From: Monocercomonoides exilis PA203
Lineage: Eukaryota > Protista > Preaxostyla
Reading direction: 5' to 3'
DNA: 64,000 nt
NCBI GenBank assembly: GCA_001643675.2
Contig: LSRY02000010.1
Coordinates: 1,426,001 to 1,490,000 of the forward strand
In this document: positions 63,341-64,000 of the stretch, one piece after another
How positions within the stretch are numbered: the first letter of the stretch is position 1
Layout of the letters: each line of letters begins with the position of its first letter
Notes under the pieces: model-generated
Seen by the model: only the letters and a program-made list of their open reading frames with translations
The model's database searches: none
Told to the model about the DNA's origin: nothing
Translations under genes and position numbers: made by a program

Positions 63341-64000
63341 GTCAGAAGTGTGTTTACGCTAAACCTTTGCGACACATGAAACAGGATAGGCTTGTGTCGG
63401 TCGAATATTAATTCTTGTGTCGAAGTTTTTTTTTTTTTGAGCATATAAAAGTGTGCAAACGTTTCTTTATTTGATTGAACAAAAGTTAATAAAATTTAAA
63501 AAAATTTATTTATCATTAAAAATCAAATTTTTTCAAGATCTTGGCACACATAATTAAAAATAAATTATTTGATAATTATGGGAATGATCAAAAATGTTAA
63601 TAGTTTAACTGATGAATCTTCATGTATTAAATGTTGTAAACATAACATTTTATTTATATTTGATATATATATGTTGATTTATCGTTTTATTTTTTGATAA
63701 CAACGAATTTTATGTTATTCAAGAAAATGCTATCAAATCAGCTTTGAGTTATTTCAATTTGACATTTTTTCAATGCATGAACAACTTAAATCATTTGCAT
63801 GTTAATATTATTAATGCGTTGCACAATTTGCGGTTATTGATACAAAAATTGAAAAAAAATTAACATGAATAAAGTTTGCTGAAGTTTGTGAGATTTTTTT
63901 GTGTTTTCGTTCATTCAATTGATTGCATTTCTATGATTTTCATTAGATTTTAGAAATACAGGCAATTTCCAGGATTTGATCGGGAAAAAGGAAAATAAGC

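Overview
AT-rich, intron-containing eukaryotic DNA in the standard genetic code. The gene families and GT(T/G/A)TG-type splice donors suggest an oxymonad such as Monocercomonoides (inference). Host genes: a zinc-finger protein running off the left edge, SLU7, an ARH1-type ADP-ribosylhydrolase, an F-box multi-pass membrane protein, a 2.1-kaa CCR4/PDE12-like protein with a degenerate active site, a transmembrane pseudokinase, and four copies of one expanded alpha-helical family (motif KMEEEGYED). The 8-33 kb region is a nest of transposons. A pogo-like element (8254-15513) is split by a 5.2-kb element with 355-bp TIRs and an 8-bp TSD that carries two host gene fragments. A structurally complete DIRS retrotransposon (17634-25126) is split just after its YLDD motif by a 2.9-kb hAT-like element with an 8-bp TSD that carries an intron-containing copy of the KMEEEGYED family. 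The main candidate system is therefore two unrelated transposase-less Pack-type DNA transposons carrying members of multicopy host gene families. Also present are a 1-kb foldback element and MITEs with 4-bp ANNT TSDs. All comparisons were made by eye; no database searches were run.
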